Positions 23,091 to 36,010 of a DNA stretch of 47,804 nt are shown here, piece after piece. Source of the DNA: Jimgerdemannia flammicorona. Lineage: Eukaryota. The first letter of the stretch is position 1; each line of letters starts with the position of its first letter. A program made the position numbers and the translations under genes. Location: assembly GCA_003990765.1 (NCBI GenBank), contig RBNJ01000041.1, positions 1-47,804 of the forward strand, in the 5' to 3' direction. Below the pieces are notes generated by a model, which was not told where the DNA came from, did no database searches, and was given only the letters and a program-made list of their open reading frames with translations.

Positions 23091-24041
23091 TAATATGAAA
23101 GTAGAAAAAAAAACTTATGATATCCCACTAGACCAACTTTAGCTATTCTAACCAATTGAACCAAATCATATAGAGAAAATATAATTATACAACTCTCACA
23201 CTCATACCCTCACTCTTCCTACCCACAGCAATGATTCTTATAATAGGTGACTCATGCCCTCACTCTACCCACCTATAGTAACAATTCTCACTAGGCAAAA
23301 TCATTTTCTTCATTTGGTCTAGGCTAGTGGAGGCCATATTGCCTGCTGACCCAACTGAGGTAAGTTCTTCACACTATCTTATTTCTGGTCAGGAGAACTC
23401 TGGCCATATCTCTTGTGCTGTAATCAATATCTTCCAGTCAATTTTCTCTCTCCACCAACCCACCAGAGGTAGAGAATCAAGAGCTGAAAAAAAAAAAAAA
23501 CAGAGATTAGAGAGAGGATTCAAGAGATTCATACTCTCCTAATTTTTTTTCTTTTATGATCCATATTCTCTCATTTTTTTTTCTTTCAGGATCCAAACTC
23601 TCTCAATTTTTATTTTATTCTCATTGCCCTGTTAAACTCTTAATATGAGAATTTGATGAACAAAGACACTGATATGACTGACTTTTTTTAATATATATGA
23701 CAAAGATTACATATTGATATGATGAAATACAATTACTAAAGCTTTATATTTTAATGACTATCTTCTCTTCTGCCTCATCTCTTCTATTTAATTTCTCACC
23801 CAGATGTATACATTAGGTTTCAATATAAAAAGGCTTTTCTCAACTCTGACCTGAATCAACTCCAATATCAAAACTCTCATTTTAAATAGAAGGGGCAAAA
23901 AGTGACTCATTGCTACAAATTGCCATTCTACTCTCAGATTATATATACCAAGAAATAGACTATAATTATATCAACCTTCTGAGCAATTGGGTGTAAATAT
24001 TCATCATGAACTAGAAGGAATAATGTCTCGTATCTATATGT

Positions 24042-24926
24042 TTGGTATCCTTGAGTCCTGAAGAGGAGGATGGTGAGGTCCTCCTTGAACCTGATGATGA
24101 AATGCTGCCAGATGCTCATACTGAATCTTATGTAGAACTAGAGGTAGAACTGGGAAATGATGATACTGGGATAGAAGCCACAAATGGAGAAGATGAACTC
24201 AATAGTGATGAGGAGGGAGTATCTCTTAAGCAAATTGTTGAAATACTACCAGACTCTCATCCTGAACCAGTGGTAGAACTGAGAAATAACTATGCTAGAA
24301 TAGAAGTCATAAATATTGGCAAAGGAGAAGTAGTTGAAATAATTGAGATAGTAATAAATGATGATGAGAGTGAGCACAAGGAGGAGGAGAGAAGCGATAT
24401 AACTGGAGAACTGATGAATTACCAATCTAGTGAAAAAGACAATAATATAGAGAAGGTAGATGGCCAGTAGAAAGAGGAGGCAGAAAGAGATAATGAAAAT
24501 AGTGAAAAAGAAGACAAAGAAATAGGGAATAAGAATGCTAATCACAAAGATAAGGACAGTATATAATCTGAAAAGTAGGATGAAGATCCTGAGCTGGAAA
24601 GTAGATACAAAAATGACCTAATGGATCAAAATACCATAGTACTCCAAAAGCAGCATAGAGAAAATAAAGATGAAACTAAGGAGAAATATTCCTCCTCTGA
24701 TATACTAGATAAATATGAGCTAGAAGGATACAAAGATAACTTGATGGATCAAAGTAACACTATTGGAGACCAAGAGCCAGATAGACAGCATGAAGGTGAT
24801 GAGATAGAAGAGGAATTTTCCTCTGATAAGCTGCTGGATCAAGGAGATAAGAAAGCAGTCAATGTTGGTGAGTATATAAAACAAACAAGAGGCTGTTCAG
24901 ATAATAACTTCAAGGATCATATCTAG
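24042..24926 (+). pseudogene. degraded acidic (E/D-rich) ORF with internal ~40-aa duplications
   Basis: ORFs 24042 and 24621 share a frame, separated by TAG/TAA stops; duplicated LPD.H.E..VEL and YK..LMDQ..T blocks. Confidence 0.55.
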
Positions 24927-25571
24927 TAGACCAAAAAACCCCATTCTTCAAAATCAAATAAGATAGCCTATTGTAGAAAGAGGAAGGACAAAGCTTATAT
25001 CTTAGAGCTGCACTCACTCCTACCCACACCCACCTTGCCCAGAGAATAGAAAATTGAAAGTTATATTCCATTCAACACTTATTTATTGATGCTGCCTGCA
25101 GTGGTCTGTTGTATAAACTAGCAGAGTTTAAGTTTGCTTGGTCAGAATAGTCTCACTAAAGGCCAAAAGGCCAAATGACCTTGAGATAAACTTAAGGAAC
25201 TTATTTTTGAAGCAAAAAATTTGTATAACTTATAACAACCTGATAACTATTGACCAAAAATCTACACCAACAAGAGTACCTTCTCCTATATGTTTGAAAG
25301 ATTTGAAATATCTGATCTTTTGCTTTCTGATACCCAAGAGTCACCCAACCCTCTCAAAATGCTTATTATCAAAACTCAAAAAAGCAACAACATTGTCTAG
25401 TTATCTTGTAATAAAAATATTATTTATACTATACTATTTAGGTATACTATTTGGAAATTGTGCACTCTAATAGTATTTGGCCTTAAATTGATTATCAAAT
25501 TGTTTCTCTTTGCCTTTGCCAAATTCCCAGTCATAATTTTACTAAGTTACAAATTAATAGTTATATCTAAA

Positions 25572-26184
25572 CTTATGCTTAATTTTTTGTTAATTTTTTT
25601 TACTTCTTCTTTTTAATATATTTAATAAAATAAAATAAAAATCATAACTTAATAGAAAATCCTATTAAGTTTAATCAAATAGAGAGCTTTTTTTTTATTA
25701 TGGCATATAATATTTTAATAGAGATAGTTTTTTTACTTATTTAATATAGATTTTTATATTTTTTAAATCTTTTCTCCTATATATTAGTTATATTAAAAAA
25801 AAATTATTATTAGAAATATAAATAGTAAATATTATCTACTTTACTTAAATAGAGAGTTTTTTAAAAAATAATATAGTTATAAGTAATCTATTAAGATTAA
25901 TTATAATTTTGGCCTTATTTTAACCCTCTATGGCTTTGAATTTATGACCAGTGATTTGTAATTTGTCTTTAATTTAAGGCCAAAATTGTGACTGGTCTCA
26001 ATATTTATTATAAAATAATAAAAAAACTATTTTTATTAAAATATTATATATAAAAATAAAAAAAAGCTCTCTATTTGATTAAACTTTATAGGATGTTCTA
26101 TCAATTTATGATTTTTTTTATTTTTTTATTTTTTTATTTTTATTAAATACAATAAAAAGGAGATACAAAAAGTTGAGTATAAGT
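25572..26184. mobile_element. AT-rich MITE/foldback-like element
   Basis: ~165-bp inverted arms, e.g. AGTTTAATCAAATAGAGAGCTTTTTTTT vs AAAAAAAAGCTCTCTATTTGATTAAACT. Confidence 0.65.
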
Positions 26185-26506
26185 GCTGTGCACTATATAT
26201 ACTTGGAAGCGAATAATGTGATTTTGAACTCATTAAAATTGGAACTGTTCATTTGATAATATTTTGGAATCCGGTAATCAGATTTTTACACCAGAAGCAG
26301 TTCAAAACAATCAGTATGCCCGGCGCAAATCGCTCAAGGATAGAATGAATCGTCGTAGCTCCTTTGCGGAACCAAAAGAGGAATATGGGACATAAACAAA
26401 ATCGGTTTTAGGCTGCTCGTGTTACTGAATACACAAACATCGTGTGGGAAAACGTAGTAATCCTAACCGGCAGATTTTGGCGAAGTGTAGAGGAATTCGT
26501 GTCTAT

Positions 26507-26864
26507 TGGCTATTTTAATATTTCAAGTCCTCCGGTCCGTGCTGGAGAATAGCCAACGCAACGAATTGAAGGACTCTTTCTCCGAAGGATTTGACAGGAT
26601 GGGAATTTTGGCTGGATCAAAGAAAGATATGTATCGTATATTTACAGGCCTCTTGTGACCTTTCACATCATGACCACTTTTTACCCGCGGCAAACTGGCT
26701 ATTTTAATATTTCGAGTCCTCCCGTCCGTGCTGGAGAATAGCCAACGCAACGAATTGAAGCTCTCTCCTCATGCCAAAAGGGTGACTCTTTCTCCGAAGG
26801 ATTTGACAGGATACAGGCTTCTTGTGGCCTTTCACATCATGACCACTTTTTACCCGCGGCAAAC
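26507..26864. repeat. tandem duplication (~188 + ~170 bp) with reciprocal indels
   Basis: TGGCTATTTTAATATTTC...GTCCGTGCTGGAGAATAGCCAACGCAACGAATTGAAG...TTTTTACCCGCGGCAAAC occurs twice. Confidence 0.9.
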
Positions 26865-27393
26865 AACTCTTTACCCCGGATACTCGGTAATGGGGATCCA
26901 TGGGAGATTTATCATCCGGCGATTTGCTTCAACCCCGGACTCTCCAGAGCCAATCGGTTTGCAGAATCTCAGCGAAAATCAACGTTAAGAACGAAAGACG
27001 GCATATTTGGAGCAGATGTTGATGTCGAGGGCAAAAAAGTGAGTGATTACTGGATCGGATACGTCCCCAATAACACTTTCAAATCATCGAAATCCGGAGA
27101 CAGCTACCGGTCAAATTTTCGTACTCTTTTGTCGCGATATTGATTCATTACTGATTTTGATGTGTTCGCAGATATGCCGACGCCAAGTCCGAAAGCGATC
27201 ATAATATGAGACCTCGCAGAAGAACAGATCCAAACAGTCCTGCAATCAAAACAGAATATTGGAGAGGATACCAAACAATCCTGCAATCAAATCCGAAATG
27301 GATGATATCCCGTATGTCCGCAGATTCGATTTTGTTTGGTTCAAGCTTGTCATATAAGTATCTTAGGGTAGGGCGAGACTATTTGATAGCAAA

Positions 27394-28214
27394 ATGTATA
27401 TCATTTCCGTCAGTGGAACTGTTTCGCTTACAAATGCCGGTGCGACTTTTACAGTCGGTCCTCACTACACGCTGCCTACTAGAATAAAGCTCAGTGTATC
27501 CCGTATCAGTACTGGTGTAGCTAAGGTATTTATATTTATCCCTGAGCTCCGAAAGCCCTTTCTGCTTGCTGAATATATCTCTACCGCCAGGTATCATTTC
27601 CTGGTCTATTTACAGACAAGCCAACTGTTGTTGCGACGCAATTTTGGAACAATCGATTCGATGTTGGGGGCGGCAACGTTCTTGATAATGCAGTTATCAA
27701 TACTATCGACAAAGATTCAAGTACTGTCCATGTTGGGAATTCCGCATCAAGTAATAACCTTTCAGACCGAGATTTCTGCTTTATCATAACTGGGCCATAT
27801 TCCGATTCCGTTCTCGGTGGTGATCGAGTCCAGAATGAGAGACTTATCCGCCTGGAGGCTAGTTGTTTCAGGTTGGAAGCCGAAGTTGCCGCGCTGAAAG
27901 ACCAGGTCGCTGCCAATCGCGGCCAGAAAGGCGATCCCGGTGAACGGGGACCCGGCGGGGAGAAGGGAGAACGCGGCGACCCCGGTCCTCATGGCCCCCA
28001 AGGACCGCCCGGACCGGCTGGCGGAAAGGTCTCGTTAACACCGACCGAGTTTGATTCGACGAGTTTCGTGTCGAATCGGATAAATGGCAATTACACGTTC
28101 ACTGTTGCGCAATGGGACACTGCACTTCGGAACCATCATTCGTTGGGTATGGTCGGCGACCACGGAGTCGATCTCGTCGCAATGCTACGCCAGTTGCTGA
28201 CTGGTGGTCGCTGA
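27394..28214 (+). CDS. spliced gene (exons 27394-27525, 27591-28214; 251 aa): beta-sandwich (tail-fibre-tip/H-type-lectin-like) domain, coiled coil, collagen (Gly-X-Y) repeats, C-terminal domain
   Basis: A 65-nt GT..AG intron (27526-27590) joins two frames into a stop-free ORF: VSRISTGVAKVSFPGLFTDKPTVVATQ...DNAVI...DRDFCFIITG; RLEAEVAALKDQV; GQKGDPGERGPGGEKGERGDPGPHGPQGPPGPAG. CpG is retained. Further 5' exons are possible. Confidence 0.85.
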
Positions 28215-28824
28215 TAACCCGAGGAAAACCTCGACCCGATATCAAGCAACCACACCGAAGGCTACATCGAAAATCCTGTTGAAATAGGCGAAAAAAAGCT
28301 GCCTGATCGAGAAAAGGTCCTGTAAAAAAAAGGCGAAGAGAAGCGGTCCGTTGCAATAGTGAGCGAAAGAAATATCATCATGTATGTAGTATTTTTTATT
28401 TATTTATTAACAGTAGTGGCATATAATATTCTTATCAAATATCAAATAAAATTATATATATATTTGTTGAAATATTCCGTCAATTCCACTGCATGTCTAC
28501 AAATTATAAGCACTGTTATCTAGATAGCTGTGTAAAGGTCATAACGGTGGCTATAAAAAATAGAGTTTCCGGAATACGCAATTTTATTTTATTTGGACAA
28601 TTATTGGCAAAGATATAATTTTTTAAACAGAAAATCAGAAAAATTTACTCCTATCCTGTCTGCTCTGTCGCAAACAAATATATCGTATTCTTTTTTGCGA
28701 ATAAGAAAGAAAACGAATAGCTCAAGATATGAAAACTATGATCTAGAAGGTAATCCCGCAACGTTTGCTAATCTTTCAGCTTCAGGTTCTCGGGGATCTT
28801 CACCAACCGATTACGATAAATGAC

Positions 28825-28963
28825 TTACCCAATAAACTGAAGATAAAATTAAGTGGGTATTTTTCGCAAGTCAGTTTATTTGGGTAAATTAAGTGGGCAT
28901 TTTCGCAAGTCAGTTTATCTGGGTAAATTAAGTGGGTATTTTTCACTAGTCAGTTTATCTGGG
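28825..28963. repeat. 3 x ~39-bp tandem repeat plus an upstream inverted partial unit
   Basis: AAATTAAGTGGGTATTTTTCGCAAGTCAGTTTATYTGGGT x3; TTACCCAATAAACTGA inverted at 28825-28840. Confidence 0.9.
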
Positions 28964-29267
28964 AGGAGGGTACAAGCTTATCGCTGAAGGAAAGGCCCAA
29001 TAAGTAACTTATTTTTTGGATAGCTACTTTGACTTCAATACATACACATACCCAGCAACCATCCCCGGGATAAACTGTGCGCCCCATGTGCGCCCCAATC
29101 GGAAAGCCCGAGGCTGTGCAGTTATTCATTGCAGTAGAGCTTTGCGCGATTTCTGCCGCCCCTCAGCGCAATCATCCAATGATCAATTCAAATCATAATC
29201 ATTATAAGTATCCGGATATTGCTTTTGCTTTTTGCTTGCTCCTACCAATATCAACCTCTTTGTTTTA

Positions 29268-29759
29268 TTAATGATTCAATATCACAAGCCAATCTTGATT
29301 AGATTGTGATGCAGCCATAGCACAACTTAGTTAATATGTATATATATATATATATATTTAAATTTAGTAATCACTTACAGAAAACCATCAAGAAAAATAT
29401 AATCATAGATTTCGCAATTTTGCTAAATCTGGAAACCGAAAGTCCTCTGTGCGTCGTTTTTATATCAGTTAATACTTCTTTTAAGCCGTCAATTTCGCCA
29501 TCTGTGTTTTCGTATGTTAAATATTGCTTTTTGTCAAATTTCGCTTCGCCGATAGCATCCTCAAATTTCTGAAGAGAAGGGCATTGTAATTAATAATCCT
29601 ACTCAGCATATGACGGCAGCACTAATGGCTCAGAGAACTAACCCTGGTTGAGTTGATTACAGCTTTTATTTCACCTAGAATCTTAATGCAGAGTTCTTTG
29701 TTTGGGGTTTCTTTTCCCATTTCCTTCTCCAATTTCGCGGAAAGTCGAAAAATGCGTTC
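29268..29759 (-). other. probable exons of a small spliced gene or pseudogene, unknown product
   Basis: ERIFRLSAKLEKEMGKETPNKELCIKILGEIKAVINSTR|GTTAGT..TTCAG|KFEDAIGEAKFDKK...IIFFLMVF|GTAAGT splices in frame; start not located. Confidence 0.45.
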
Positions 29760-30406
29760 CTAAGATGAATATCTCATATGGATCATGCATGATCGCATTA
29801 CCCGGCAGCTGGGTACAGCAGCTAGGTCATTGTGAATTGGTTTTGGTCGGTATGCGAAGCACCTCTATAATTCTATGTTGTTTTTAAGATATCAATTTTC
29901 CTCATCGAAACTAACGTTGTCATCAACAAGGTCTGCTACGTCGCGATAATTTTTCGTTGGAAGCCGCTATATAAATATCGCGTTAGGTGACAAAATATGC
30001 ATTGATGGGTGTATGATCAGCAAACAACGATTTTCAAAAACTCAGTTGATTACGTAGTCCTTCCCTTCGGAAGAATTTCAATACAAAGCCTTTTCACAAA
30101 CTGAACATAGACAAGAATTATATTTTGTGATATGCCATATGACTGTTCCGTAGGACATTAGATCAGATCGGTATCTCTCGGATATGCATGCTCTTCTTTT
30201 TGCCTGCATTCGTCCCAAATTTCGTCAAATAGTTCATACCACTCATCTTGTGCCCTCTTATCATCATGGTACCATTGAATGATCTTGCGATATGTATCAA
30301 CATAGTTGGTTTCGTTGAATGCTAGGTTCTTGTTGAAGCATACATAGAACTACGAATTCGTTAGTTGAACTCATTTAATCATAATTATTGATCGAAAAAT
30401 ATATAT

Positions 30407-31918
30407 TGTAATGGTGACCCCAGAATGATGACATCAGCACAGGAGACAGCCTTTCCTTATAAGCCACCAGATCGGAGCACAAGAAGATCATACGGCATAC
30501 GAGATGAGCAATGATGACCAACTGTGAGTTATTGTGACCACAGCATGAGTATCCTGAAGAATATAAAAGAAGGATCAAGGAACCACAGTAGCAGCAACCA
30601 ACAAGAACCACCAATCCCAAAATAGCTCAAAGACTTACCACAAATAAAATGCCTGCTGCTCACCAAACCTTAAGGTCAAGGAATTACCAAGATATCTCAG
30701 TCAAGGAAAGATATTCCAAGATATCAGAAGAGCCATGAGGACCTACTCAAGAAGGACTCCTAGCATCAACCTGGGTACTGCAGACCCTTATCACTTTATC
30801 CTCTACTGCTGCGAAATGGAAACAAGGATCACCATTGCTACTGAATGCCTCTAAATGTGGCAGGAGTACAAAATAGGAAATCTCCTCTGCTGGGAGTTCC
30901 CACAGGCTAGCACCCAAGAGCTACAAGATGCCACTCTGATGGATATATGCAAAACAAGAATAGCTAGGAAGATCCATCAGATCTTCAGGCATGCACCATG
31001 GTCAATCTCTAACTTGGAGTATGTTAGAGTCTCAGATTTCAGAGATCTATCATCCTGCTATATCAATGTACTAGAAGCCAGGGTGGCTACAGAAGCCCAG
31101 TCCACTATCACCCTTAATAACGAAGAAGTAGAAGACTTCTGGCACCCTATCCTTCAGGACAACCCAGATCATTTCCTGCAAGGATTGATCTCAGTATTCC
31201 AAGGCCCAAGCATCCAGGTTAGATCTCCCCAAGACCCCACATTTGTTTCTTATTTTGTGGAAGAGAACCTTATAGATTGGAGAGCTCCAGATCTTGTTCC
31301 CGATTTTCCCACCACAGCTAAACATGATGACGTCATCGGCGATGATGTCATCCCGCACAACATACCTAAAGTACACAAAGTATACAAAATGTGTGACAAT
31401 GAAGTATGCAAGATGTATGGCCTGCATGACAAATTCGCAGATCTCATCTCCTTCAGTGATGATGATGATGAGGATGAAGTCCCTATGGTTCTGAACTTTC
31501 TGCTCTAAGTTCTTTATTATACTGGATAATGCCAGCACCGGCATTCTGAGGTGATACAAAATTATTCCAGTACTAGTATTTTGATATGACACTAAATAAT
31601 GCCAGCACTGGAACTTAGTAGTTTTAGTTATTGGAATTTATATTTAGCTTTATATCTTAGCAACCATTGAATTATATTTTGTATAAATACCTCTCTTATT
31701 TCCTCTGAAATAAAGTCAGTTCCGGTTTCACTTATACACACTTTCTTGCAAGCAATCTAAGAGATAACAAGACAGTTAAAGATAAGAAGTTTGAGGACTA
31801 TAAGATCTTGGGAAGGCACTCCAATAAGAACTTACTTATAACAACTTAAGTTAGTCTAAGAGATACATCTTGAAAAGAATCTGGCATATTTGAAGGACTC
31901 AGCGACCACTATGTAACA
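30407..31918 (+). repeat. 5' LTR of B (1512 bp)
   Basis: TGTAA...TGTAACA; direct repeat of 39635-41147. Confidence 0.97.
30649..31508 (+). pseudogene. LTR-encoded accessory ORF, 5'-LTR copy (1-nt deletion plus a stop)
   Basis: Copy of 39877-40737. Confidence 0.8.
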
Positions 31919-34132
31919 ACTTGGTGTTCATTGGCTGGTGATTCAAGACGAATCCCTCACTTTCAAGCTGAAAAATAAACAACCCCCACAACAACTACCC
32001 TGACTACAAGAGTCACCCCTACAAGAATTCAAGACAAGATGGAAATGCGCCCCTCCATATTCTATGGATATACTACTGAAGAGTCAATCCTGACCTTTAT
32101 TGAAGACATTGAACAATTTGCCGCTGTACAAGCCCTTGGTGTAGATACTCAATTGGCTCTTCTACCAGTCAGCCTCAGAGGACCTGCCAGAGACAAGTTC
32201 AATGCAGCCACCATTGCTGATGCTGGTGCAGTCAAACTTGCCAACATGAAGGCCTTCCTTAGAATAATATATTATACTGAAAAGATCAAGCAAGCTCTCA
32301 AGGATCAACTCAATACTATCTTCCAGGGACTTAGTGAAGATCCCAACTCATTCTATACCCGAATCTGCCACCAGATTATCTTGGCTGGCTATGATGACTG
32401 CCTCAAGGAATAAATAGCAGATTCAATCTTCCTCAAAGGAGTTTACCCTGAAATTGTCCTAGTAATTCGGTCTACTCCAGCTGCACTGACCCTTGATCAG
32501 AAAGTGGTCTTTGCACAGAGATATTGGACAGCCAGATACCCTGCTGAACACTCAATGGAGAAAATAACTGGTATCAAGATGGAGCCATCAAAGCCAACTA
32601 GTATCTTACCTGCCACAGTTGTAAACAGACAACCAATCCCACCTACTCTCAAGACAGCCAAAGCTGACCCAGTGGAAGAACTTGCCAAGCAGTTCGCTGA
32701 GATGACTGCACACCTTGGTGATGTTGTTAGAGAAGTCTGAAGTGCCAACAGGAGACCAGTGCAGAGATTTGCAGCTGCTACAGAAGAATACAATATCACA
32801 TGCTTTAGATGTAGAGAAGAAGGCCACTATGCAAAGAGTTGCATGACCAAAATAAGATGCAAAGTCCAACCAAGCAATGCTAGCAGAACCAGAGAACAAA
32901 CTAATGCAGTAGTCATTGAGGAGATTGGTGATACTGATGATGAAGAATACTATGAGGAGCTCGAATTCTACTCTGCTACTGAAGGTACCAGAACCCGGTC
33001 CAAGCCCTATGATAGGAAGAGCAACAGCAAGCCAGTTGGAAGATCAAAAAAGACTCCAATTGTCACTATTCAAAGCAAGACCCAATACGAGAAGATTGAT
33101 CAAGACATGGAGTTAGACGAAGCTGCCTGCCAAATTATTGAAGGCACTACTCCAGTCTCAGGAGAAAGCGAGAGCAAGAAGGAACAGAAGCTGTGCAAGA
33201 CCAAGATCCACCAGTATGACATCTACAAGGACCTCAAGAAACAGAAGATCAATGCCACTTTTAGGCAGCTAGCTGAAGTCCCTACCTTCAGACAGCAGTT
33301 GAGAGTAGGACTTGTAACTACTGTCAAGAATCAAGAGTACAAGATTGTAGAAGCTCACAATGTACAAGAAGAATCTGAGAACTCAGTTGAAGAATCTGAA
33401 GATCAGCGCAAGACATCAGCCTATACCCCCTGCCAGATCGAAGACTGTATCTTTGATGCCATCATTGATACTGGTGCTGGAGAATGTCTCATGAGCAAGA
33501 AGGCAATTGACCACCTAGGTTGGGACATTGAAGAGTCCACCAAGATGGTCTATGTTACAGCAGACAGTACATGAGCTACCCCCCTTGGCAAAATCCGAGA
33601 AGTCCTCATCAAGATAGGAGGAGCTACTATCCCAGTAGACATGATTGTTACAAGTGCCACCAACTATGACATCCTCATTGGTAACCAATGGCTTTACAAG
33701 GCCAAGGCCATCATTGACCTCAATGCCCAGAAGATGCAGATCAACTACAGAGGGAGAAAGGTACAAGTTTCTATCAATGTCCACAAAGGAGTCCTGCCAG
33801 ATATGGAGGAAGAAGATGAAGAAGACACAGAGGTCTTCATGCACTTGGTGAACAAGAATAAGAACAAGATACCCAAGCTCACAGATGAGCAGTAGTATAA
33901 CAAGATTATCGATGGGTATGCCCCTCAAGGAAGATGCCCCCATGGTACTAGAATGTACTACTCTGAACACCTGAATAACTGCTGGTCCTGTATCAGCGAA
34001 GTCAGGAAAATCTGCTAATGGAAATACGAGCAAGAAGCTGCCGAAGCAAAAGGGAAAGCTGAAGAAGATGACCAGCCCCCAGAGCTTCAAGCTGACAGTG
34101 ATGATGAGGAGGAACAAGAATCAGACATCACC

Positions 34133-34543
34133 CTCAAGGTCAAGAAGTTTCACCCTGAAGTCAAGATCCCAGAATACAAGACTGAAGGAGCCATAGGAAT
34201 GGACCTTGCCAGCATCCAAGATGCTACTCTCAAACCACAGACCACCACCCTACTTGGTACTGAAATTGGAGTCAAGTTGCCAGAAAACCATGCTGGAATT
34301 ATCAAGACCAGGAGCAGTCTGGTCAAAAGTGAAATCTCAGTTGAAGGAGGAGTAATTGACCCTGATTACACTGGTGAGATTTTTCTCATAGTCAGAAATC
34401 ACAATCACACCACCCCCTTCAAAGTCAAGAAGCATGACAGGATTGGCCAGATGCTGATCCACGAAATCAAGAAGCCCAAGATTGTAGAGGCCACTGAACT
34501 TATCAAGACCAAGAGAGGAGAACAAGGCTTTGGATCTACTGGA
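34133..34543 (+). CDS. dut: dUTPase domain within pol of B
   Basis: GMDL, KTRSSL, GGVIDPDYTGEI, RIGQML, RGEQGFGSTG. Confidence 0.95.
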
Positions 34544-36010
34544 AGAGGAGCCTATGCTGCCACCAAGATTACTGAACTTGAGCATAAGAAAAACAAGGAC
34601 CAGAATAAGCACACATATACCATTGGAGAAAACTTTCCCCTGGAGGAACAACTTCTCAAGATCCTGCACCAGAACGAAGGAGTACTTGCTACAGACTTTA
34701 GGAATATCCACAATCAGGAACCCAAGTACTACCATGAAGTTGACACTGGTGATACCAAGCCTATCTACCAGAAAGCCAGACCCATACCACCTGCCTACAG
34801 AGAGTGGCTGCAAGCCGAACTCAAGGAAATGGAAGAAGCTGGAATCATCAAGCAAGCTATCAGCCCCTGGGTCTTACTCATTGTCCTTGCCCCAAAGAAA
34901 GGAAGTAAGTCTGGAGAGTTTGCACCAAGACTCTGCATTGACTACAGGAAACTCAATGCCATCACCAAGAAGGATAGATAGCTCTTGCTGAATATTCAAG
35001 AAATCCTTACTATCCTTGGAAGCAAAGCCAAATACTACACCACCTTGGATCTGTTCTCAGGCTTCCATCAGATCGGTCTCACTCAAGATGCCAGTGAGAA
35101 ATCAGCCTTCATTACACCTGATGCCACCTATATCTATCTGTGAATGCCATTTGGAATGTGCAATGTCCCAGTAAGTTTCCAGTGAATGATGAACAGAGTC
35201 TTCAGCAACGAGATTGGAAAATGGCTCTTTGTCTATATTGATGATATGATCATCTTCAGCAACACTGTACGGGAATATGTCAATCACATATAACTAGTCC
35301 TCAAGAGGCTCAAGGAGCATGACCTCTACATCAAGCCCAAGAAATACAAGTTTGCAGCTCAAGAAATCACCTACCTAGGGCACCTCATCAACCAGACTGG
35401 AATCCACACAGACCCCATGAAGATCGAGGCTGTTGCAGCCTATCCAAGACCCAGAATAACCACAGAAGTCCATGCCTTCCTTAGACTGGCCAGCTACTAT
35501 AGAAGATTCATCAAAGAACTCCAACATTGCAGCACCTATCTATGAGCTACTGAAGAAGGAGACCAAATTCGAATGGACCAAGGAGTACCAAGAAACCTTC
35601 AATGAACTCAAGACCAGGTTGACCCAAGCACCCATCCTCAGAAGACCAGACTGGAGCCTAGAATTCATCCTGCAGACAGATATAAGTGCTATAGGACTTG
35701 GAGCAGTCCTAGCTCAGAAGAAAGATGGACATAAATATGTCATCTCCTATGCAAGCTGAGGTACCCGCAGAGCAGAACAGAACTACAAGTCATGCAAGCT
35801 TGAATGCTTAGCGGTAGTTTGGGCAGTAGACAAGTTCTACTACTACCTAGCTAGAAAACACTTCACCATTCAAACAGACCATTCCGCTCTTGCCTGGCTA
35901 TTCCACACTCTGAACCCCAAAGGAATATATGCCAGATGGATCTACAGGCTACAAGAATATGACTGTACTGTCAAGCACTGCCCAGGAAAGACCAACACCA
36001 ATGCTGATGC

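Noticed and set aside
22222-23640. GAG...CTC/TTAA-ended (Sola3- or MULE-like) element around the QPSKSSIS ORF
   Set aside because: The inverted similarity is weak and the left TSD is not recognisable.
27394-28214. Prophage or bacterial contamination
   Set aside because: It needs a spliceosomal intron to be contiguous, has no neighbouring phage genes and is flanked by eukaryotic elements.
33515-34855. Long antisense ORFs opposite pol (also 8651-8932, 9479-9823, 37212-37610)
   Set aside because: Shadow frames of biased codon usage on the coding strand; no independent motifs.
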